DNA from: Chrysomallon squamiferum
Lineage: Eukaryota; Animalia; Mollusca
Direction of reading: 5' to 3'
Assembly: GCA_012295275.1 (NCBI GenBank)
Contig: CM022670.1
Coordinates: 14,942,001 to 15,006,000, forward strand
DNA length: 64,000 nucleotides
The notes below the pieces were generated by a model. That model was not told the DNA's origin. It did not search any database and saw only the letters and a program-made list of their open reading frames with translations. This document shows, in pieces, positions 58,041 through 64,000 of the stretch. The translations under genes and the position numbers were made by a program. How positions within the stretch are numbered: position 1 is the first letter of the stretch; each line of letters begins with the position of its first letter.

Positions 58041-58961
58041 ATTTCTGGCACATTATTAGCATCATTCGTATATAAGAAGGATCACATAATATTTTCATCT
58101 GCTCGATCTTTTATCCGTCATTTTCGTCTTGCAAATTGTGTTAACGTTTCCTCAGTGTTAAACAACATTATCTTTTGTCAAAAGAAAAACAAACAATTTT
58201 GATGTATTTGTTTGGAAGTGACTTGAGAACTAGAAGAACTCTTAAAAAAATTATAGACCCAATCCGACCTAATTAAAAAAAAAAAAAAAAAAAAATTAAA
58301 TAAAAAAAGATTAATTAAAAATTAAATCAACAACAAATAAAACCCCACGGAAAATTAAGTTTTTTGACCGGCAGTATAGATATTCGTCAAAGAACTGATA
58401 TTCATGAAAGCGATGATATTAGGGCAAAGACTGGATAATAAAAATGTATTTAAAAAGATATTCAACAACTTACTGTCTTCTGGTTCTCCTATGACGAATT
58501 ATTACATTCAGACTATAACTGTTGATATTTCACATTATAAAGGTTAAGGCCCGGGAAGTAGAAAAACTTGGATAAACAGCTCAAACTTAATTCTACAAAA
58601 TGGGACATGTTAATTATAATCTGTTTATTTCTTGGCACCCGTGAACTGTTTTATTACTTGTGACAGGGTGCGCAGTCAAAAGCTGCAGACTGTACCGCAG
58701 AAGACAACATTTTTATTTACAGTGAATTCAAGGTTACGTTTTGGAGACCGCAGTATAAACATAACAATCATTTAATAGCACTGGCAATACCAATTTTGTA
58801 CTTTTGTCCTCCAAACCTTCTGTATACGGGAAATTAGTGCTGGAAGCCTACAAGTTGCTGCCTCTTTGTATCGTGTCGATATAAGTCGTCTTAACTTCGT
58901 TAGCTGCCAGTATTTTCAATATAAAGGTTTCTCATTTTGACCTTACATAAATTAAACAGGA

Positions 58962-58999
<38 letters not shown>

Positions 59000-59487
59000 C
59001 CAGTTGATAAAGGATTAATCGATATACGAGTAACTAATCGTTTAAAATAGGTTTCAAGTTAATTAAAACTGAACTAGAAAACTAAATTAAATGAAATAAC
59101 TAAAAAAAGAAAAGAATACGACAGATGTCTGCTCAGTCTTAGTAGAGAAAGATTTATATGTGCCCAGATACTACACGCACTGTATTATATAAAGCAAACA
59201 CTTGTTACTTTGTTGTTAAAGACAACGTGCCACACACAACAACCCAGAACATGTATATCAGTGAGTTCTTTCCATTTTCATAGGTCTACGGGGTAAAAAA
59301 AAAAAAAAAAAAAAAAGTTCCCCGGAGTTCTGTGGGTTCTACACAAAGACACTACGCAAAATAAGATTTACTTCTAGGGAACTTTGGTAAATTCTGCTTT
59401 CAGGATACCACAGAAAATAAAATTTTAAACTTCTCGGTTCAACACACCAGCGACAACTACCTTTCGTTAGTATCACAGCAGAACGTT

Positions 59488-59862
59488 TCAGTTATTATCA
59501 AGTGTTCCGTAGTTCTGTCGTGAGTCATTTGAATTGGACTGAAGTCTTCTGAAAGCTGTGCCTTCAACGTCTTCGTCTTTACATCTGTTTTCACACACTA
59601 TAGTTTTCATGAACACTGCTGACGTCAAAAGTCCGCCCACAGCTATCAGAGCCATGCCAACCACAATACAGATGTCCAGTTTAGCTGCCAGTTCAGCGTA
59701 GTAGATATTCATCGCCTCGGACTTCCTGGCGGAATCAGCCGGAGATGGGTGATAGTCGCGAGGGACGAAGTAGCCAATGGAGGACAGAATCAGACCTCCG
59801 AAAACCAGAATGATGGCGAGCAGCATAAGTCTGTCGGCAACTTCGGAACATTTTCCACACAT
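59488..59862 (-). CDS. TMEM74: TMEM74/TMEM74B (neurensin-related) two-TM protein, 124 aa, single coding exon
   Basis: Two hydrophobic helices flank GYFVPRDYHPSPADSARKSEAMNIYYAELAAKLDICIVVGMALIAVGGLL. This matches recalled TMEM74B [51 protein letters not shown]. C-terminal NYGTL. A splice acceptor at 59979-59991 marks a 5'-UTR intron. Confidence 0.85.
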   Translation of the reverse strand: MCGKCSEVADRLMLLAIILVFGGLILSSIGYFVPRDYHPSPADSARKSEAMNIYYAELAAKLDICIVVGMALIAVGGLLTSAVFMKTIVCENRCKDEDVEGTAFRRLQSNSNDSRQNYGTLDNN

Positions 59863-60539
59863 CTTTGGAATTTAAAATGCAGAGCGGATGTTCTTCTAAG
59901 CCTCAAAAACGTTGTGTAGTAGTCATGTTTTTTCTTCTATTAGATGAGCGAGAATTCATGTCGTATCGAATTAGTCATCTGAAAGAAGAAAGTTAGTAAA
60001 TAAGTCAAATTAAAATTCTTTGTAAATTATTTGATAACGAAATCATTTTTAACAATGAAAAAAACCAGTTTGATCACTGTCAACAGAACATACTTATATT
60101 GTTTATCTGTATTATGTGTATTACAAACTGAAATTACAACCAGTTTGATCACTGTTAACAAACACACTCTGTGTTACTGACTTCGTTCATGTGTAGATGT
60201 TGACTTAATCGCACGAACTATTGATCACACAACACGTGTTGTTGACATCCACAACGTGGCCAACTTACATGTCAACGATACCTTGACAAAATATAAAATA
60301 AAAATAAATAAGAAACTATTATAAAATATTTTGCATGATTGCTTTATAGTGGACGAAGAAAAAATTACCGCGAATATTGTTAATAATCTTTATTTGTAGT
60401 ATTTAAAATAATGACACCTATTTTATATGTATTAAAACGTCTTTTTACTTCGATCTTCTGTTATATACTTAGTCATCGAATAAGCATGTATGTGTGAGTG
60501 TTTCTGTGTATATATTTATACGTGTGTGTGTGGGTGGGT

Positions 60540-60544
<5 letters not shown>

Positions 60545-60621
<77 letters not shown>
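60545..60621. repeat. (GA)n microsatellite
   Basis: Perfect run. It explains the poly-ER ORFs. Confidence 0.95.
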
Positions 60622-60625
<4 letters not shown>

Positions 60626-62259
60626 ATGTGTGCACGTATATTTATACTTTGTTTATGGTTATTTCAGTGATGTATATTTTATCTCAAAACGAGTTATGCT
60701 AATGTTTTATCAATCCACTGAAACTCTAGCTATGTGAATAATGTGAAAAAATAGTGTAGACTAATAACATCGTAGGAATGAAATCCCGATGTCTGTTGAA
60801 CTGGCCGATGATTCTCGAATGTCAGTTATTGGTGTTATAATTTTTCCACGCTCCGCTGTGTTAAAAGTATGTGAGTCCATTATCACCAATTAAGTGAGTT
60901 GATTGTTGACATGTTTAGAGCCATGACCTGACTTCACACCATACCTTTGTCATTTACCTGTGAATTTTGCTTATATCAAATTTCTGAAATGTAATCTTTA
61001 TAAGTAACTTTAGATTATGTTTCACATTCTGATATTTTTATCTGAAATTTTTTTCTAAAACACACTTAAGTTTGACCTATACGTTTATTTCTTGTATCGA
61101 TAAGAAATTAATAATTGAAATTTTAAAATAATTTTTTGAAATAAATATAATATTATGATATTTCATATAATTGTTTGGAACAAGTAATAGTGATATAATA
61201 ATATATATGTTTGTCTGTCTGTCTGTATGTATGTATATTGAGAGAGACAGCTACAGAGAGACAAAGAGAAAGAGAGATAGAGAGAGACAGAGAGAGAGAA
61301 AGAAAGAGAGAGACAGAGGTTCAGAGAGAAAAATGTAATTTTATTAAAAACTACGGTTAACTGCAGGTTTGGTTTAAACGTATGTGTTTGTTTTGTTTGT
61401 AATTTGTTCAGAAAAAAACAACAATTACACATCAGACATATTTCTATCTTTATAAATGTTTAAATAATATGCATTATATACAAATTACATGATCATTTCC
61501 GCCTTAAAATTACATGAAATATGAAAAATTACTTTAAAAATTAAAATTAGTAGCTTTCTCTCGATACAACCAGAAAACGTATAATGCAATCTGAATTCTG
61601 AAAAATATTTTGATTCCGAAGAACATAAAATATTGAAATGACAAAGTAAATCCAAAGTTTCTTTTAAAGACTGCATATCTGCACGCACGCACACATGCAC
61701 GCACGATCACACGCACTTGCGCGTACACGAACAATAAAAAGCAATCACATTTAAAAATAACATACGTAAATGCTACGCACACAAATACACGTACACATAA
61801 AAGGTAAACACATATTTATATAAAAAGACTGAAAACAAGGACGATTTAGAGATTTTGCAATAGACGGTATTTTAACAATAATATCGTTTTCCATTGTTCT
61901 TTAAAACGCACGAAGCAGCGGTAATGATAGGGCAGGACTGTTAACGAGAAATAAGTTGGTCTGTAACTAGTAATCATGACACGAGTAAAACAAACAAATA
62001 GGTCTATGTACGACATCTGACACGTGGAATTCAGCAAATCTCAACCAGTGTTTATCACACGTTAATAATCTCTTCCTTATTTATTCTGTCATAATTACTT
62101 ACATCTCACTTTTACTGGTTTTCTTTTGCTCAGTTCTTTGTTTTCTTGGTAACTTTCTGTTATTTCGTTTACTTTTTTTTTTTTTATTTTTTTTTTTTAG
62201 AAATTTGTTTATCTATATAATGTCCTGTATTTCGTTTTAAGAGCTAAGATATATGAACA

Positions 62260-62371
62260 TGCACACATATATAGTAAGACATACTCGTTCACACGTACAT
62301 ACAAATACATACGTGCACACATACACACTCACATACGTGCATACACACACATACATACATATAAACACAAA

Positions 62372-62417
<46 letters not shown>

Positions 62418-62435
62418 AACACACACATACGCATG
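62260..62435. repeat. (CA)n-rich compound microsatellite
   Basis: Directly visible. Confidence 0.9.
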
Positions 62436-63559
62436 CGGAAAAGATAGGCATATAATTACAACATTTTTTTGCAAAGTAATTACTCCCACAGTTTAACTAA
62501 TGTAGTTCGATGGTTTCGCCATTTTCAGAACGTTATAATTAGAAATACACATTACTCCTTTCAGCTTATTTTTTAAACGTAAACAATTACAGACAGGCAG
62601 CCATCAGATGTAAGTACTTGTGAAAATATGGAAGTTATTCCCTGCAGAAGTGACACCATTATTTTCGACGAGGCAATTGTTAAAATTAGTTATAACTATC
62701 TACACATGAACATTCAGGACGTCTGCTGGAAGCATGAACTTGCATTCTCAGAAAGGAGTCTGCTGCTTTGCAATCTTATTCCGGAGAAACGGTTATAAAA
62801 ATGAGGCGTTTCCATATGTGAATATTAATCCATATCCAGTAGAATATAGAAAATGAAACTAATAATAAACGAAATGATCTAACATCAGTTTAAAGTAAAT
62901 ATTAATGGGTTATAAATATATATGTAAGTTTAAAAAGCATGAAAAGACCTGTGTCGAATCAAACTGAAAAACGATATTTCGTTAATTTTCATTAGCAGTT
63001 ACAAGTAGCCATTTTCCCCAGCATTCCATCTTAGTTTATCATTTCAGAGTTGTAGTATTATTAATCATTCGTCCGTTACTTTTCTATACAATACCAAAAA
63101 CACGTCTTGGGCGTTTTGAATGAATGACCCAAATTCCGATAGTTTTTGCACCAAAACGATAAAAAGAATAACAAAGTGAACTTCTGGAATATAAGATAAT
63201 GTATGTTACAACACGGATTTTCTTTTTGATGTGCTGAATCCTTTAAAAAATTGGTCAAGACATCACTAGGTGGCGCTTATTGCCGATTCTGTTTAGTTAA
63301 CTCTTTCTGGTCTATTCTCTATTGACCTTATTTCTTTTTAACTCATACATTTGTAAAGCCTTCTTTTATGACTTGCCATTGTCATATATCCGATGTAAGA
63401 CAAGGTAATCTAGATAATGTGTTTTTGCAATAAGGTATCGCAGTCAAAGTAATGTATGTACTAGGTGTTTCGCTTTTATTTATTCATTTATTTATTAGTT
63501 ATATTAGGATGTGTGTGTCAGGTATATACATATTTTTTTATATGAATGTGTGTTTATGT

Positions 63560-63678
<119 letters not shown>

Positions 63679-64000
63679 AGTAAACATATCAATAGTGTAC
63701 TGGCAATGGGTTAGTATCTGGGTTATGCTAACAATTTTAACTCTGCATACTGAGAGTAGCACTAAAAGTTTTCTTTTCACTGCTTCCGAATTCAGCCTAT
63801 TTCTTTGTCAGATTTCTTTCTTATTTATGAATTCTGTTAATGCGCAACATTTGTAAAAACAAATAACTTTCTTTTGTTAACTCACATTTTGTAAAAGGAG
63901 CTCAACATGAAATGACCATTACAAGATGAATTCAGCTACAAAATCAGTAAACGAAATCAGCATTACACCACACTAAACTATATTACATTACATTACAGCA

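Noticed and set aside
60063-60160. Short direct repeat aaccagtttgatcactgt(c/t)aaca
   Set aside because: A two-copy local duplication, probably in the TMEM74 5'-UTR intron, with no further structure.

Overview
AT-rich, intron-containing animal genomic DNA, probably a mollusc or other lophotrochozoan (inferred from gene style and repeats, not proven). It is not prokaryotic, so most short ORFs in the track are noise or single exons. From left to right: (1) the first ten coding exons of a FAM135A/B-like gene on the minus strand, running off the left edge; (2) a complete 18-exon neurochondrin gene head-to-head with it, the two promoters sharing an inverted composite motif; (3) decayed Tigger/pogo and Tc1 transposons; (4) a young tandem array of five ~4.5-kb units, each with one intronless Cys-rich PLAC8/cornifelin-family gene; (5) two older PLAC8 paralogs in the opposite orientation; (6) a microsatellite-rich stretch with possible non-coding exons; (7) a compact TMEM74-family two-TM gene. 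The main candidate for something new is the seven-gene PLAC8 cluster. Its five young copies are nearly identical in most flanking DNA, differ almost only by amino-acid-changing substitutions (8 nonsynonymous vs 1 synonymous by hand count), follow an A-B-C-A-B order, and each carry a CRE/E-box promoter module. All alignments and counts were done by eye, and family assignments rely on recalled sequences.
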